A stretch of 64,000 bases of DNA, taken from Escherichia coli (GTDB taxonomy: Bacteria > Pseudomonadota > Gammaproteobacteria > Enterobacterales > Enterobacteriaceae). The stretch is taken from NCBI RefSeq assembly GCF_003790525.1, contig NZ_CP033635.1; one strand, given 5' to 3'. Position numbers and translations under genes: made by a program. Under the pieces are notes generated by a model. It was not told where the DNA came from, did not search any database, and saw only the letters and a program-made list of their open reading frames with translations. Below, one piece after another: positions 45,426 to 57,672 of this stretch; within the stretch, counting starts at the first letter, position 1, and each line of letters starts with the position of its first letter.

Positions 45426-48038
45426 ATGACTCAACAGCCACAAGCCAAATACCGTCACGATTATCGTGCGCCGGATTACCAGATTACTGATATTGACTTG
45501 ACCTTTGACCTGGACGCGCAAAAGACGGTCGTTACCGCGGTCAGCCAGGCTGTCCGTCATGGTGCATCAGATGCTCCGCTTCGTCTTGATGGCGAAGATC
45601 TTAAACTGGTTTCTGTTCATATTAATGATGAGCCGTGGACCGCCTGGAAAGAAGAAGAGGGCGCACTGGTCATCAGTAATTTGCCGGAGCGTTTTACGCT
45701 TAAGATCGTTAATGAAATTAGCCCGGCGACGAATACCGCGCTGGAAGGGCTTTATCAGTCAGGCGATGCGCTTTGCACCCAGTGTGAAGCCGAAGGTTTC
45801 CGCCATATTACGTATTATCTCGACCGCCCGGACGTGCTGGCGCGTTTTACCACCAAAATTATTGCCGATAAAACCCAATATCCCTTCCTGCTTTCCAACG
45901 GTAACCGCGTTGCGCAAGGCGAACTGGAAAACGGACGTCACTGGGTACAGTGGCAGGACCCGTTCCCTAAACCGTGCTACCTGTTTGCGCTGGTGGCAGG
46001 CGACTTCGACGTGCTGCGCGACACCTTCACCACGCGTTCTGGTCGCGAAGTTGCGCTGGAGCTGTACGTCGATCGCGGCAACCTTGATCGTGCGCCGTGG
46101 GCGATGACCTCGCTGAAAAACTCCATGAAATGGGATGAAGAGCGCTTCGGCCTGGAGTATGACCTCGACATCTATATGATCGTCGCGGTGGATTTCTTCA
46201 ATATGGGCGCAATGGAGAATAAGGGTCTGAATATCTTTAACTCCAAATATGTGCTGGCCCGCACCGATACCGCCACCGACAAAGATTACCTCGATATTGA
46301 ACGCGTTATCGGCCATGAATATTTCCATAACTGGACCGGTAACCGAGTGACCTGCCGCGACTGGTTCCAGCTCAGCCTGAAAGAAGGTTTAACCGTCTTC
46401 CGCGATCAGGAGTTCAGCTCTGACCTTGGTTCTCGCGCGGTAAACCGTATCAACAACGTGCGCACCATGCGCGGATTGCAGTTTGCGGAAGACGCCAGCC
46501 CGATGGCGCACCCGATCCGCCCGGATATGGTCATTGAGATGAACAACTTCTACACCCTGACCGTTTACGAGAAGGGCGCGGAAGTCATTCGCATGATCCA
46601 CACCCTGCTGGGCGAAGAAAACTTCCAGAAAGGGATGCAGCTCTATTTCGAGCGCCATGATGGCAGCGCGGCAACCTGCGACGACTTTGTTCAGGCGATG
46701 GAAGATGCGTCGAATGTCGATCTCTCTCATTTCCGCCGTTGGTACAGCCAGTCCGGTACGCCGGTTGTGACCGTCAAAGACGACTATAATCCGGAAACCG
46801 AGCAGTACACCCTGACCATCAGCCAGCGTACGCCTGCTACGCCGGATCAGGCAGAAAAACAGCCGCTGCATATTCCGTTTGCCATCGAACTGTATGACAA
46901 CGAAGGCAAAGTGATCCCGTTGCAAAAAGGCGGTCATCCGGTGAATTCGGTGCTGAACGTCACCCAGGCGGAACAGACCTTTGTCTTTGATAATGTCTAC
47001 TTTCAGCCGGTGCCTGCGCTGCTGTGCGAATTCTCTGCGCCAGTGAAACTGGAATATAAGTGGAGCGATCAGCAACTGACCTTCCTGATGCGCCATGCGC
47101 GTAATGATTTCTCCCGCTGGGATGCGGCGCAAAGCCTGCTGGCAACCTACATCAAGCTAAACGTCGCCCGTCATCAGCAAGGGCAGCCGCTGTCTCTGCC
47201 GGTGCATGTGGCTGACGCTTTCCGCGCGGTGCTGCTCGATGAGAAGATTGATCCGGCGCTGGCGGCAGAAATCCTGACGCTGCCTTCTGTCAATGAAATG
47301 GCTGAACTGTTCGATATCATCGACCCGATTGCTATTGCCGAAGTACGCGAAGCACTCACTCGTACTCTGGCGACTGAACTGGCGGATGAGCTGCTGGCTA
47401 TTTACAACGCGAATTACCAGAGCGAGTACCGTGTTGAGCATGAAGATATTGCGAAACGCACTCTGCGTAATGCCTGCCTGCGCTTCCTTGCTTTTGGTGA
47501 AACGCATCTGGCTGACGTGCTGGTGAGCAAGCAGTTCCACGAAGCGAACAATATGACCGATGCGCTGGCGGCGCTTTCTGCGGCGGTTGCCGCACAACTG
47601 CCATGCCGTGATGCGCTGATGCAGGAATACGACGATAAGTGGCATCTGGACGGTCTGGTGATGGATAAATGGTTTATCCTGCAAGCCACCAGCCCGGCGG
47701 CGAATGTGCTGGAGACGGTGCGCGGTCTGTTGCAGCATCGCTCATTTACCATGAGCAACCCGAACCGCATTCGTTCGTTGATTGGCGCGTTTGCGGGCAG
47801 CAACCCGGCAGCGTTCCATGCCGAAGATGGCAGCGGTTATCAGTTCCTTGTGGAAATGCTTACCGACCTCAACAGCCGTAACCCGCAGGTGGCATCGCGC
47901 CTGATTGAGCCGCTGATTCGCCTGAAACGTTACGATGCCAAACGTCAGGAGAAAATGCGCGCGGCGCTGGAGCAGTTGAAAGGGCTGGAAAATCTCTCTG
48001 GCGATCTGTACGAGAAGATCACCAAAGCACTGGCTTGA
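45426..48038 (+). CDS. pepN: Aminopeptidase N (M1 family)
   Basis: 870-aa ORF; GAMEN motif (FNMGAMENKG) and zinc-binding HEXXH (HEYFHNWTGN). Confidence 0.97.
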   Translation: MTQQPQAKYRHDYRAPDYQITDIDLTFDLDAQKTVVTAVSQAVRHGASDAPLRLDGEDLKLVSVHINDEPWTAWKEEEGALVISNLPERFTLKIVNEISPATNTALEGLYQSGDALCTQCEAEGFRHITYYLDRPDVLARFTTKIIADKTQYPFLLSNGNRVAQGELENGRHWVQWQDPFPKPCYLFALVAGDFDVLRDTFTTRSGREVALELYVDRGNLDRAPWAMTSLKNSMKWDEERFGLEYDLDIYMIVAVDFFNMGAMENKGLNIFNSKYVLARTDTATDKDYLDIERVIGHEYFHNWTGNRVTCRDWFQLSLKEGLTVFRDQEFSSDLGSRAVNRINNVRTMRGLQFAEDASPMAHPIRPDMVIEMNNFYTLTVYEKGAEVIRMIHTLLGEENFQKGMQLYFERHDGSAATCDDFVQAMEDASNVDLSHFRRWYSQSGTPVVTVKDDYNPETEQYTLTISQRTPATPDQAEKQPLHIPFAIELYDNEGKVIPLQKGGHPVNSVLNVTQAEQTFVFDNVYFQPVPALLCEFSAPVKLEYKWSDQQLTFLMRHARNDFSRWDAAQSLLATYIKLNVARHQQGQPLSLPVHVADAFRAVLLDEKIDPALAAEILTLPSVNEMAELFDIIDPIAIAEVREALTRTLATELADELLAIYNANYQSEYRVEHEDIAKRTLRNACLRFLAFGETHLADVLVSKQFHEANNMTDALAALSAAVAAQLPCRDALMQEYDDKWHLDGLVMDKWFILQATSPAANVLETVRGLLQHRSFTMSNPNRIRSLIGAFAGSNPAAFHAEDGSGYQFLVEMLTDLNSRNPQVASRLIEPLIRLKRYDAKRQEKMRAALEQLKGLENLSGDLYEKITKALA

Positions 48039-48045
48039 TAAATAA

Positions 48046-48075
48046 CCGAATGGCGGCAATAGCGCCGCCATTCGG
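48046..48075. terminator. 12-bp perfect hairpin between convergent pepN and ssuB
   Basis: CCGAATGGCGGC-AATAGC-GCCGCCATTCGG, 8 bp after the pepN stop and 6 bp beyond the ssuB stop; no strong T-run, so it may act as a stability or rho-dependent element. Confidence 0.5.
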
Positions 48076-48080
48076 GGAAT

Positions 48081-48848
48081 TTACCCCTGTTTTCTCAGGC
48101 GAATTTCAGATTCACCACGCTGCATCACCCTTTGCAACACTTCCGATTCCAGCTCCGCTAATCGCACCGACCCTAATCGACGCGGACGGGGGATATCCAC
48201 TGTCAAATCCAGACCAATTTTTCCCTCTTCAATTAATAACACCCGGTCAGCCATTGCTACCGCTTCGCTCACATCATGCGTCACCAGCAAAACGGTAAAA
48301 CCGTGCTTCTGCCAAAGCGACACAATCAAATCCTGCATCTCGAGTCGCGTTAAAGCGTCCAGCGCACCGAGTGGTTCATCAAGTAACAATAAACCCGGTC
48401 GATGAATCAGCGCCCTTGCCAGCGCCACACGTTGTTTCTGCCCGCCAGAAAGTGCGGCAGGCCATTCCCCGGCGCGATTCTCCAGTCCTACCGCAGCCAG
48501 AGCCTGACGCGCCGCATCGCGCCACTGGCCTTTAAGGCCTAACCCAACGTTATCAATCACCGATTTCCACGGCAGCAGACGCGCGTCCTGAAACATCATT
48601 CGCGTATCATCCTGAATCTCAGCCAGCGGTGTGGTGCCCGCTAACACGTCGCCTGCGGTTGGCGTTTCCAGACCTGCCAGCAGGCGCAGCAGGGTACTTT
48701 TGCCACCACCGCTGCGGCCCACCACCGCCACAAACTGACCTGCCGGAATATGTAAATCCAGTTGGTTCAGGACGATATTTTCCGCGTAATGTTTGCTTAC
48801 TGCATTGAGCAACAATGGTGTGCCCTGGTTCAGACGAGCAGTATTCAT
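48081..48848 (-). CDS. ssuB: Aliphatic sulfonate ABC transporter ATPase
   Basis: 255-aa ORF; Walker [10 protein letters not shown], signature LSGGQKQR. Confidence 0.95.
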   Translation of the reverse strand: MNTARLNQGTPLLLNAVSKHYAENIVLNQLDLHIPAGQFVAVVGRSGGGKSTLLRLLAGLETPTAGDVLAGTTPLAEIQDDTRMMFQDARLLPWKSVIDNVGLGLKGQWRDAARQALAAVGLENRAGEWPAALSGGQKQRVALARALIHRPGLLLLDEPLGALDALTRLEMQDLIVSLWQKHGFTVLLVTHDVSEAVAMADRVLLIEEGKIGLDLTVDIPRPRRLGSVRLAELESEVLQRVMQRGESEIRLRKQG

Positions 48849-49636
48849 ACCGTGGCCTCCTTCAAATGATAAGCCGGGTTCCAGCGCAACCAGAGACGCT
48901 CTAACAGCTGCGCGCTGACGTCAGCAAGTTTGCCGAGCAGGGCGTAAAGAATAATAGCGACTACCACCACGTCCGTTTGCAGAAACTCCCGCGCATTCAT
49001 CGCCAGATAACCAATGCCGGAATTGGCAGAAATAGTTTCGGCAACGATCAGCGTCAGCCACATCAGGCCCAAAGCAAAACGCACACCGACCATAATTGAG
49101 GGCAGGGCACCAGGCAGGATCACATGGATAAACAGCGGTATGCCGGATAATCCATAGCTACGTGCCATCTCCACCAGCCCACGGTCGATATTACGGATGC
49201 CATGCCAGGTGTTGATATAAATGGGGAATAGCGTACCGAGCGCCACCAGAAAGATTTTTGCGGATTCATCAATGCCAAACCACAAAATCACCAGCGGGAT
49301 CAGCGCCAGATGCGGCACGTTGCGCAACATCTGAATGGAGGTATCCAGCAGCCGTTCTCCCCAGCGCGACAGCCCGCTAATCAGTCCCAGAATCAACCCC
49401 AGCGATCCGCCAATTGAAAAGCCAATCAACGCCCGCCAGGAGCTGATCGCCAGATGCTGCCACAATTCGCCGCTGGCAGAGAGCGTCCAGAACGCCATCA
49501 CCACTCCTTCCGGTGAGGGCAAAATACGCGTCGATAGCCAGCCAACCGAGGAGGCCAGTTGCCACACCGCCACGATGCCCACCGGTAAAAACCAGGGGGC
49601 AACGCGCAATAACCACTTCTTCACTGGCGTTGCCAT
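48845..49636 (-). CDS. ssuC: Aliphatic sulfonate ABC transporter permease
   Basis: Track ORF 48845..49639 (MMATPVKKW...); second Met taken as start (263 aa); stop overlaps the ssuB start. Confidence 0.9.
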   Translation of the reverse strand: MATPVKKWLLRVAPWFLPVGIVAVWQLASSVGWLSTRILPSPEGVVMAFWTLSASGELWQHLAISSWRALIGFSIGGSLGLILGLISGLSRWGERLLDTSIQMLRNVPHLALIPLVILWFGIDESAKIFLVALGTLFPIYINTWHGIRNIDRGLVEMARSYGLSGIPLFIHVILPGALPSIMVGVRFALGLMWLTLIVAETISANSGIGYLAMNAREFLQTDVVVVAIILYALLGKLADVSAQLLERLWLRWNPAYHLKEATV

Positions 49637-49647
49637 CATCGTGTTCC

Positions 49648-50793
49648 TTAGCTTTGCGCGACGTTACGGGGGATAAAATCATTCGCCACCGCTTCGCCTT
49701 GCGGATTCAGCGGTTGTGGCTGGGGAATTTCCGGGATGGCGACATCCAGATGTGGGAACAGTAACTCGCCGACCCGATACGCTTCTTCCAGATGCGGGTA
49801 GCCCGAAAGCACAAAACTGTCGATGCCAAGTGCAGCGTATTCGTTGATTCGCGCGGCGACCGTAGGACCATCGCCCACCAGCGCCGTCCCGGCACCGCCG
49901 CGCACTAAGCCAACACCCGCCCATAAATTGGGGCTAATCTCCAGATTGTCGCGCTTGCCGTTATGTAGCGCCGCCATTCGCTGTTGTCCTACGGAATCCG
50001 TTCGGGCGAATGCGGCCTGTGCTTTGGCGATAGTTTCATCATCAAGATGCGAGATTAACCGCTCGGCGGCCTGCCACGCTTCGCCGTTGGTTTCACGAAC
50101 AATCACATGCAGACGAATACCGAAACGAATTTTGCGTCCATGCGCGGCAGCTTTCGCCCGCACTTGTTCGATTTTCTCTTTTACCAGTTCCGGTGGTTCG
50201 CCCCAGGTGAGGTAGAGATCAACTTGTTCTGCCGCCAGCTCCTGGGCGACATCTGACGATCCGCCAAAGTAAAGCGGAGGATACGGCTGTTGAATCGGCG
50301 GGAAGAGCAGTTTGGCTCCGCGTACATGAATATGTTTGCCGTTGAAATCCACTGTCTCGCCAAGCAACAACCGCCGCCAGACTTGGGTAAATTCTGCCGA
50401 GGCTTCGTAACGCTCGCTATGATCAAGGAACACGCCGTCGCCTGCCAGTTCTTGGGGATCGCTGCCTGTGACCAGGTTAAACAACGCACGTCCGTTAGAG
50501 AGACGGTCAAGCGTGGCGGCCTGGCGGGCGGCAACGGTAGGCGATGTCACACTGGGGCGCAGGGCGACAAGAAACTTCAGCCGTTGTGTCACCGGGATCA
50601 TCGACGCCGCCACCAGCCACGCATCTTCACACGATCGCCCCGTCGGGATCAGCACACCGGTATAGCCCAGACGATCCGCCGCTTGCGCAATTTGTTGCAG
50701 ATAACCGTGATCAACCGGACGTGAACCTTCTTCCGTTCCCAGATAATGCCCGTCACCGTGGGTCGGTAAAAACCAGAACATATTCAGACTCAT
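49648..50793 (-). CDS. ssuD: FMNH2-dependent alkanesulfonate monooxygenase
   Basis: 381-aa [40 protein letters not shown]... recognised as SsuD. Confidence 0.96.
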   Translation of the reverse strand: MSLNMFWFLPTHGDGHYLGTEEGSRPVDHGYLQQIAQAADRLGYTGVLIPTGRSCEDAWLVAASMIPVTQRLKFLVALRPSVTSPTVAARQAATLDRLSNGRALFNLVTGSDPQELAGDGVFLDHSERYEASAEFTQVWRRLLLGETVDFNGKHIHVRGAKLLFPPIQQPYPPLYFGGSSDVAQELAAEQVDLYLTWGEPPELVKEKIEQVRAKAAAHGRKIRFGIRLHVIVRETNGEAWQAAERLISHLDDETIAKAQAAFARTDSVGQQRMAALHNGKRDNLEISPNLWAGVGLVRGGAGTALVGDGPTVAARINEYAALGIDSFVLSGYPHLEEAYRVGELLFPHLDVAIPEIPQPQPLNPQGEAVANDFIPRNVAQS

Positions 50794-51749
50794 AATTGTT
50801 TTCCTTCCAGTTGAGTGGGTTGCCAGATGCGCTGGCGAATATCGACTTTTTTCGGCACCAGACGGTTTTCATAAAACAGATCTGCCGTTTGCTGCTGTAA
50901 GGCGGCAACTTCAGCGCTCAACGGTTTGATGGTGGTGGGAGGACGATGATCCAGATACGAGGCAATAACCGGTGCCGGTAAGCCCATCGTTTTTGCCAGT
51001 AAAGCGATGCTTTGTTCGCGCTGGCTGCGGGTTAACGCATCGGCCTCACTAAAGGTTGCCAGTACGCCCTGAATAAAAGCGCCGTTTTTTTCTGCATACG
51101 GACGGGCTGCCAGATAAAACGATCCGGTTTGATTGAGATCGGTGCCGTCTTTCAACACCCGCACGCCGCCCTGTAATAATGCAGCGGAGTAGTAGGGATC
51201 CCAGATAGCCCAGGCGTCAACGTTACCTTGCTGGAACGCGGCGCGGGCATCGGCAGGCGTCAGGTAAGTGGGCTGGATATCCGTGAATTTAAGCCCGGCC
51301 TGGCGTAGTGCGCGTAGTAAAAGATTGTGCGAGCTGGAACCTTTCTGAAAGGCAACTTTATGACCTTTAAGATCGGCTACGGTTTTGATTGGGCTGTTAT
51401 CTGCCACCAGAATCACTTCGGCTTTGGGCTTCGGCGGCTCGACGCCCACGTACACCAAATCAGCCCCGGCAGCCTGGGCAAAGATTGGCGGAATATCCCC
51501 GGTACTGCCGAGATCAATACTGCCAACGTTTAACGCCTCCAGCATCTGTGGGCCAGCCGGGAACTCCACCCAGGAGATTTTTGTTTGCGGATAGCGTTTT
51601 TCCAGTAATTGGTGGCTTTTTGCCAGCACCATACCAATACTGCCTTTCTGATAGCCAATTCGTAACGCCTCTGGCGAAGACTCCGCGGCAACAGCAAGTG
51701 TAGAGACGCTAAGTAAACCCGCCAGCACCAGTTTAATGAGCTTACGCAT
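50790..51749 (-). CDS. ssuA: Aliphatic sulfonate periplasmic binding protein
   Basis: Track ORF 50790..51791; start trimmed to [21 protein letters not shown] (signal peptide), 319 aa. Confidence 0.92.
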   Translation of the reverse strand: MRKLIKLVLAGLLSVSTLAVAAESSPEALRIGYQKGSIGMVLAKSHQLLEKRYPQTKISWVEFPAGPQMLEALNVGSIDLGSTGDIPPIFAQAAGADLVYVGVEPPKPKAEVILVADNSPIKTVADLKGHKVAFQKGSSSHNLLLRALRQAGLKFTDIQPTYLTPADARAAFQQGNVDAWAIWDPYYSAALLQGGVRVLKDGTDLNQTGSFYLAARPYAEKNGAFIQGVLATFSEADALTRSQREQSIALLAKTMGLPAPVIASYLDHRPPTTIKPLSAEVAALQQQTADLFYENRLVPKKVDIRQRIWQPTQLEGKQL

Positions 51750-52317
51750 GGGCATTACCTCGCAGAGACAGTAGGTCAGGAACCTGAACATCGCGGCGGT
51801 GCAACGCCTGACAGAAAGTTTCTAGCGCGGTATCAAGACGGGTTTGCAGATTTGGCGTGAATAGCGGCTTGTGCTGGTAATCAATCACCTGCGAGTCATC
51901 GGCAAACACGCCGTGCAGGATCTCCTGGGCTTTCAACGCACTTAAAACTGGATTTAGGGCATAATCGACCGCCAGTAGATGAGCCACGGTGCCGCCCGTC
52001 GCCAGCGGCAACACGACTTTGCCTTGCAGCGCGCGTTCTGGCAGCAGGTCGAGGAGCGTTTTCAGTGCACCGGAATAGGCTGCTTTATACACAGGCGTGG
52101 CGACAATCAGCCCATCAGCCTGTTGCAGCTGTTCGGTGAAGGTCTTGAGTGCCGGACTATCGAAACGGGCATAAAGCAGATCTTCCGGGGCGAAGTTTTG
52201 CAGATTCCAGTGATAAATCTCTACATCCAGGCCATTTAGTTTTTCCCGCGCATATTCCAGCAAGGAGCTGGAGCGAGAAGGAAAGCGAGGACTTCCTGCC
52301 AGGGTGATGACACGCAT
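51742..52317 (-). CDS. ssuE: NADPH-dependent FMN reductase
   Basis: 191-aa ORF MRVITLAGSPRFPSRSSSLLEYAREKL... recognised as SsuE; first gene of ssuEADCB. Confidence 0.95.
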   Translation of the reverse strand: MRVITLAGSPRFPSRSSSLLEYAREKLNGLDVEIYHWNLQNFAPEDLLYARFDSPALKTFTEQLQQADGLIVATPVYKAAYSGALKTLLDLLPERALQGKVVLPLATGGTVAHLLAVDYALNPVLSALKAQEILHGVFADDSQVIDYQHKPLFTPNLQTRLDTALETFCQALHRRDVQVPDLLSLRGNAHA

Positions 52318-52671
52318 ACTCTCTCCTTATAACCAATTGTTCTTGTTTTGTTAACATTGATAACAATTCGGTCAGTCTGTCGGAGAGACAAGAGAATGCC
52401 AAATATAAATTTTGTGTATCTTTTTCTGAAAATGAACTAAGGATTGAGGGATATATATCACGTGTATTTATTTATTGGATATTCAATAGATGTTGAATCA
52501 ATGAATTACTCGTTCAGGTAATAAAGAAAGATTCATGGAATCTATAAATAAAAGATTTGTCACGTATTGAGTAAACACTACTGGTTTAAATGGCGGTCAT
52601 TTGTTGTTATTATTAAGTCCAATGTCATTTGCAGGCATTATCATATTTACGAAAAAATCAGGATGATAACG
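52318..52671. promoter_or_regulatory. Divergent AT-rich control region (ssuE promoter / elfA promoter)
   Basis: 354-bp AT-rich non-coding spacer between divergently transcribed ssuE and elfA; corresponds to the Cbl-activated ssu promoter and the H-NS-silenced elf promoter; individual sites not resolved. Confidence 0.45.
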
Positions 52672-53211
52672 ATGAAAAAAAATGTATTGGCGGCGTTTAT
52701 AACTGTGATATGTACAACTTCAAGTGTTATGGCGGCTGATGATAATGCCATCACGGATGGCTCGGTTACGTTTAATGGTAAAGTCATTGCTCCTGCCTGT
52801 ACGCTGGTTGCTGCGACGAAAGATTCCGTGGTGACTTTACCAGATGTTAGTGCAACGAAGTTGCAAAGTAATGGTCAGGTTTCTGGGGTGCAAACTGATG
52901 TGCCAATTGCATTAGAAGATTGTGATATTACCGTAACAAAAAATGCAACGTTCACTTTTAATGGCACAGCGGATACTACGCAGATTACAGCGTTTGCTAA
53001 CCAGGCCTCATCTGAGGCTGCTACAAACGTGGCCCTGCAAATGTATATGAATGATGGTACAACGGTCATTACGCCAGACACAGAAACCGGGAATATTTTG
53101 TTGCAGAGTGGAAATCAAACGCTAACTTTTAAAGTAGATTATATCGCTACGGGTAAAGCGACGTCAGGTAATGTCAATGCGGTAACAAATTTCCATATTA
53201 ATTATTATTAA
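52672..53211 (+). CDS. elfA: Chaperone-usher fimbrial major subunit ElfA (YcbQ)
   Basis: Track ORF 52567..53211; start trimmed to MKKNVLAAFITVICTTSSVMAADD (signal peptide), 179 aa. Confidence 0.9.
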   Translation: MKKNVLAAFITVICTTSSVMAADDNAITDGSVTFNGKVIAPACTLVAATKDSVVTLPDVSATKLQSNGQVSGVQTDVPIALEDCDITVTKNATFTFNGTADTTQITAFANQASSEAATNVALQMYMNDGTTVITPDTETGNILLQSGNQTLTFKVDYIATGKATSGNVNAVTNFHINYY

Positions 53212-53241
53212 TATCAGCCATTAATTTTTAATTAATTAATA

Positions 53242-53278
53242 CCCTTCCAGTGTCCTGGAGGGGATATTCATTTTTTTA
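53242..53278 (+). terminator. Stem-loop with T-run between pilin and chaperone genes (attenuator)
   Basis: CCCTTCCAG-TGTC-CTGGAGGGG (one G-U pair) followed within 8 nt by TTTTTTT; position typical of stoichiometry-setting attenuators in chaperone-usher operons. Confidence 0.5.
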
Positions 53279-53291
53279 AGAGTGACTATTT

Positions 53292-53993
53292 ATGAAAACT
53301 TGCATAACAAAGGGAATTGTGACCGTAAGTTTAACGGCAATATTACTCAGCTGTTCGTTCACATGGGCGGCAGGTAAAGGTGGGGTCGGACTTGCAGCAA
53401 CACGTCTTGTTTATTCGGAAGGTGAAGAGCAAATTTCACTGGGTGTACGTAACACCAGTCCGGATGTTCCTTATCTGATTCAGTCATGGGTGATGACACC
53501 AGATAATAAAAAGTCAGCGGACTTTATTATTACACCACCGCTATTTGTGCTGAATCCGGCAAACGAGAACCTGCTACGCATTATGTACATTGGCGCGCCG
53601 TTGGCGAAAGACAGAGAAACTCTTTTCTTCACCAGCGTACGGGCAGTCCCTTCAACAACGAAGCGGGAAGAAGGCAATACCCTGAAGATTGCCACACAAA
53701 GCGTCATCAAACTTTTCTGGCGACCAAAAGGTTTAGCGTATCCCTTAGCCGAGGCTCCGGCGAAACTACGTTGCACTTCGTCAGCTGACATGGTTACGGT
53801 CAGTAACCCAACACCTTATTTCATTACCCTGACAGACCTGAAAATAGGTGGAAAAGTAGTTAAAAATCAAATGATTTCCCCCTTTGATAAATACCAATTC
53901 TCTCTGCCAATGGGTGCCAAAAACAGCAGCGTAACGTACCGAACTATCAATGACTACGGGGCGGAAACGCCGCAACTCAACTGTAAATCGTAA
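53292..53993 (+). CDS. elfD: Fimbrial periplasmic chaperone ElfD (YcbR)
   Basis: 233-aa ORF with signal peptide; PapD-like chaperone. Confidence 0.9.
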   Translation: MKTCITKGIVTVSLTAILLSCSFTWAAGKGGVGLAATRLVYSEGEEQISLGVRNTSPDVPYLIQSWVMTPDNKKSADFIITPPLFVLNPANENLLRIMYIGAPLAKDRETLFFTSVRAVPSTTKREEGNTLKIATQSVIKLFWRPKGLAYPLAEAPAKLRCTSSADMVTVSNPTPYFITLTDLKIGGKVVKNQMISPFDKYQFSLPMGAKNSSVTYRTINDYGAETPQLNCKS

Positions 53994-54017
53994 TTCGTCT
54001 TCATTTAAGAGAGCGAG

Positions 54018-56600
54018 ATGTATAGAACTCAACGACAACACAGCCTGTTAAGCTCTGGTGGAGTGCCATCGTTTATTGGTGGGCTGGTGGTGTTTGTGTC
54101 GGCAGCGTTCAATGAACAAGCTGAAACCTGGTTCGATCCAGCCTTTTTCAAAGATGATCCCTCAATGGTGGCTGATTTGTCTCGTTTCGAAAAAGGGCAA
54201 AAAATAACGCCAGGGGTTTATCGAGTCGATATTGTTCTGAATCAGACAATTGTAGATACGCGCAACGTCAATTTTGTTGAGATAACGCCAGAGAAGGGGA
54301 TTGCCGCCTGTTTGACGACTGAAAGCCTGGATGCAATGGGCGTGAATACTGATGCGTTTCCGGCTTTTAAACAACTGGATAAACAAGCGTGTGCGCCATT
54401 GGCGGAAATTATTCCGGATGCCAGCGTAACTTTTAATGTGAATAAACTCCGTCTGGAAATTTCAGTACCGCAAATCGCCATCAAAAGTAACGCTCGTGGT
54501 TATGTCCCCCCTGAACGTTGGGATGAAGGGATCAACGCGCTATTACTGGGATATTCTATTCATAGCAGCGCAGGTAGTGATTCTGGCGACAGCTATTTTC
54601 TGAATTTAAACAGTGGCGTTAATTTAGGCCCATGGAGATTGCGCAACAATTCAACATGGAGTCGCAGTAGTGGCCAAACCGCAGAATGGAAGAATCTCAG
54701 CAGCTATTTGCAGCGGGCGGTGATTCCATTAAAAGGCGAACTGACCGTCGGTGATGATTATACGGCAGGCGATTTTTTTGATAGCGTCAGCTTTCGTGGC
54801 GTGCAGCTGGCGTCAGATGACAACATGCTGCCAGACAGCTTGAAAGGGTTTGCGCCAGTGGTGCGTGGTATCGCCAAAAGCAATGCACAGGTAACGATTA
54901 AGCAAAATGGTTACACCATCTATCAAACTTATGTTTCGCCTGGCGCTTTTGAGATTAGTGATCTCTACTCTACGTCGTCGAGTGGTGATTTGTTGGTTGA
55001 AATCAAAGAAGCTGACGGTAGTGTCAATAGTTACAGTGTGCCCTTTTCCAGCGTGCCATTACTCCAGCGTCAGGGACGCATCAAATATGCGGTGACGCTG
55101 GCGAAATACAGAACCAATAGTAATGACCAGCAAGAAAGTAAATTTGCTCAGGCCACGCTGCAATGGGGTGGGCCGAGGGGAACGACCTGGTATGGCGGAG
55201 GGCAATATGCTGAATATTACCGTGCCGCTATGTTTGGTCTGGGTTTTAACCTCGGCGATTTCGGAGCAATTTCGTTCGACGCGACCCAGGCTAAAAGTAC
55301 GCTGGCAGACCAAAGTGAACATAAAGGGCAGTCATATCGTTTTCTGTATGCCAAAACGCTCAACCAATTGGGCACCAACTTTCAATTGATGGGCTACCGC
55401 TATTCGACGTCGGGTTTCTACACCCTTTCCGACACTATGTATAAACACATGGATGGCTACGAATTTAATGACGGTGATGATGAAGATACGCCAATGTGGT
55501 CGCGTTATTACAATTTGTTTTACACAAAACGTGGCAAACTGCAGGTCAACATCTCCCAGCAATTAGGCGAGTACGGTTCGTTTTATTTAAGCGGTAGCCA
55601 GCAAACTTACTGGCATACCGATCAACAGGATCGGCTATTACAGTTTGGCTACAACACGCAAATTAAAGATCTCTCGCTGGGGGTTTCCTGGAACTACAGT
55701 AAGTCCCGTGGTCAACCTGACGCTGACCAGGTGTTTGCACTTAATTTTTCCCTGCCGCTCAATCTGTTGCTCCCCAAAAGTAATGATAGCTATACCAGGA
55801 AAAAAAATTACGCCTGGATGACCTCTAATACCAGTATCGATAACGAAGGGCACACTACACAAAACCTGGGTTTAACGGAGACACTACTCGATGACGGTAA
55901 TCTGAGCTACAGCGTGCAACAGGGATATAACAGCGAGGGGAAAACGGCTAATGGTAGCGCCAGCATGGACTACAAAGGGGCGTTTGCAGATGCTCGAGTG
56001 GGCTACAACTACAGCGATAACGGCAGTCAACAACAACTGAACTACGCTCTTTCAGGCAGTTTAGTTGCCCATTCGCAGGGTATTACGTTGGGTCAATCAT
56101 TGGGTGAAACTAATGTCCTGATTGCCGCGCCAGGCGCCGAAAATACTCGTGTGGCGAACAGCACCGGGCTGAAAACTGACTGGCGTGGATATACCGTTGT
56201 GCCTTATGCCACTTCTTATCGGGAAAATCGAATTGCACTTGATGCGGCGTCGTTAAAACGTAACGTGGATCTTGAAAATGCCGTAGTAAACGTGGTTCCC
56301 ACCAAAGGGGCATTGGTTCTGGCGGAGTTCAATGCCCATGCGGGGGCTAGGGTATTAATGAAAACATCAAAGCAGGGTATGCCGCTGAGATTTGGTGCAA
56401 TGGCAACACTGGATGGCGCACAAACAATTAGCGGTATCATTGATGATGATGGTTCGCTCTATATGTCTGGTTTGCCGGCGAAGGGAACGATAACTGTACG
56501 CTGGGGCGACGCTCCCGATCAAATTTGTCATATCAGTTACGAGCTTACCGAACAACAAATTAACGCTGCGATTACGCGGATGGATTCAGTATGCGAATAA
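54018..56600 (+). CDS. elfC: Fimbrial outer membrane usher ElfC (YcbS)
   Basis: 860-aa ORF; in-frame TAA at 54006-54008 fixes the ATG at 54018 as the first possible start. Confidence 0.9.
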   Translation: MYRTQRQHSLLSSGGVPSFIGGLVVFVSAAFNEQAETWFDPAFFKDDPSMVADLSRFEKGQKITPGVYRVDIVLNQTIVDTRNVNFVEITPEKGIAACLTTESLDAMGVNTDAFPAFKQLDKQACAPLAEIIPDASVTFNVNKLRLEISVPQIAIKSNARGYVPPERWDEGINALLLGYSIHSSAGSDSGDSYFLNLNSGVNLGPWRLRNNSTWSRSSGQTAEWKNLSSYLQRAVIPLKGELTVGDDYTAGDFFDSVSFRGVQLASDDNMLPDSLKGFAPVVRGIAKSNAQVTIKQNGYTIYQTYVSPGAFEISDLYSTSSSGDLLVEIKEADGSVNSYSVPFSSVPLLQRQGRIKYAVTLAKYRTNSNDQQESKFAQATLQWGGPRGTTWYGGGQYAEYYRAAMFGLGFNLGDFGAISFDATQAKSTLADQSEHKGQSYRFLYAKTLNQLGTNFQLMGYRYSTSGFYTLSDTMYKHMDGYEFNDGDDEDTPMWSRYYNLFYTKRGKLQVNISQQLGEYGSFYLSGSQQTYWHTDQQDRLLQFGYNTQIKDLSLGVSWNYSKSRGQPDADQVFALNFSLPLNLLLPKSNDSYTRKKNYAWMTSNTSIDNEGHTTQNLGLTETLLDDGNLSYSVQQGYNSEGKTANGSASMDYKGAFADARVGYNYSDNGSQQQLNYALSGSLVAHSQGITLGQSLGETNVLIAAPGAENTRVANSTGLKTDWRGYTVVPYATSYRENRIALDAASLKRNVDLENAVVNVVPTKGALVLAEFNAHAGARVLMKTSKQGMPLRFGAMATLDGAQTISGIIDDDGSLYMSGLPAKGTITVRWGDAPDQICHISYELTEQQINAAITRMDSVCE

Positions 56601-57661
56601 TTTCAGGGGATAGTAGTGTGTTAAGACTCCGGCTTCTTTTGACTGCTGTTTTAATGCTGTGGGGATTTCATGCCGCCGCTTATACCGGGCAGTGTCATAC
56701 CACTCAGGGGAATCCGTATATTGGCGTCAATTTTGGCGTTAAAACCCTGGAGGAGGAAGAGAATACGGCTGGAAAAGTCAAAGATGAATTTTATCAGTGG
56801 AGTGAATCGAATGATTATTATGTTTCCTGCGATTGCGATAAAGACAATGTCAGAAGTGGTCTATGGGCATTCGCTGCGGATTCTCCGTTAGTTTATTTGG
56901 GCGACAACTGGTACAAAATTAACGATTATCTTGCCGCAAAGGTGCTATTAGGAGTGAAAGGTAACACACCTTCGGCCGTACCTTTTGAAAATCTCGGTAC
57001 AGGAAGTGATACCCGATGGCATATTTGCGATCCCGGTGGTCAACGTTTGGGCGGCAAGGGGGCAAGCGGCAATAGCGGAAGTTTTTCACTGAAAATATTG
57101 CAGCCGTTTGTCGGTTCGGTCGTCATTCCTCCTATGGCGCTGGCGCGACTATATGAGTGTTACAACATACCCGCAAGTGATTCCTGCACGACTACAGGTA
57201 CACCGGTTTTAGTGTATTACCTGTCTGGTACGATTAATTCACTTGGCTCATGTTCTGTCAATTCTGGAGAGACAATAGAGGTTGATTTGGGGGATGTATT
57301 TGCTGCCAATTTCCGTGTTGTAGGGCATAAACCGCTTGGATCCAGAACGGCAGAACTCTCAATTCCAGTCAGGTGTAATACCGGAAACGCAGAGCTGGTT
57401 AATGTTAATTTGAGTCTGACGGCAACCAGTGATCCCGATTATCCTCAGGCAATCAAGACATCACGACCAGGTGTCGGTGTTGTGGTCACCGACAGCCAAA
57501 ACAACATTATTTCGCCTGCCGGTGGCACACTGCCGCTATCCATCCCTGACGACGCGGACAGCTTCGCTCGAATGAATGTTTATCCGGTCAGCACGACAGG
57601 TGTACCACCGGAAACCGGGAGCTTTGAAGCCACAGCAACGGTGAGAATAAACTTTGACTGA
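56591..57661 (+). CDS. elfG: Fimbrial adhesin-like protein ElfG (YcbT)
   Basis: 356-aa ORF with signal peptide; overlaps the elfC stop by 10 nt. Confidence 0.88.
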   Translation: MRIISGDSSVLRLRLLLTAVLMLWGFHAAAYTGQCHTTQGNPYIGVNFGVKTLEEEENTAGKVKDEFYQWSESNDYYVSCDCDKDNVRSGLWAFAADSPLVYLGDNWYKINDYLAAKVLLGVKGNTPSAVPFENLGTGSDTRWHICDPGGQRLGGKGASGNSGSFSLKILQPFVGSVVIPPMALARLYECYNIPASDSCTTTGTPVLVYYLSGTINSLGSCSVNSGETIEVDLGDVFAANFRVVGHKPLGSRTAELSIPVRCNTGNAELVNVNLSLTATSDPDYPQAIKTSRPGVGVVVTDSQNNIISPAGGTLPLSIPDDADSFARMNVYPVSTTGVPPETGSFEATATVRINFD

Positions 57662-57672
57662 TATGTGAACGT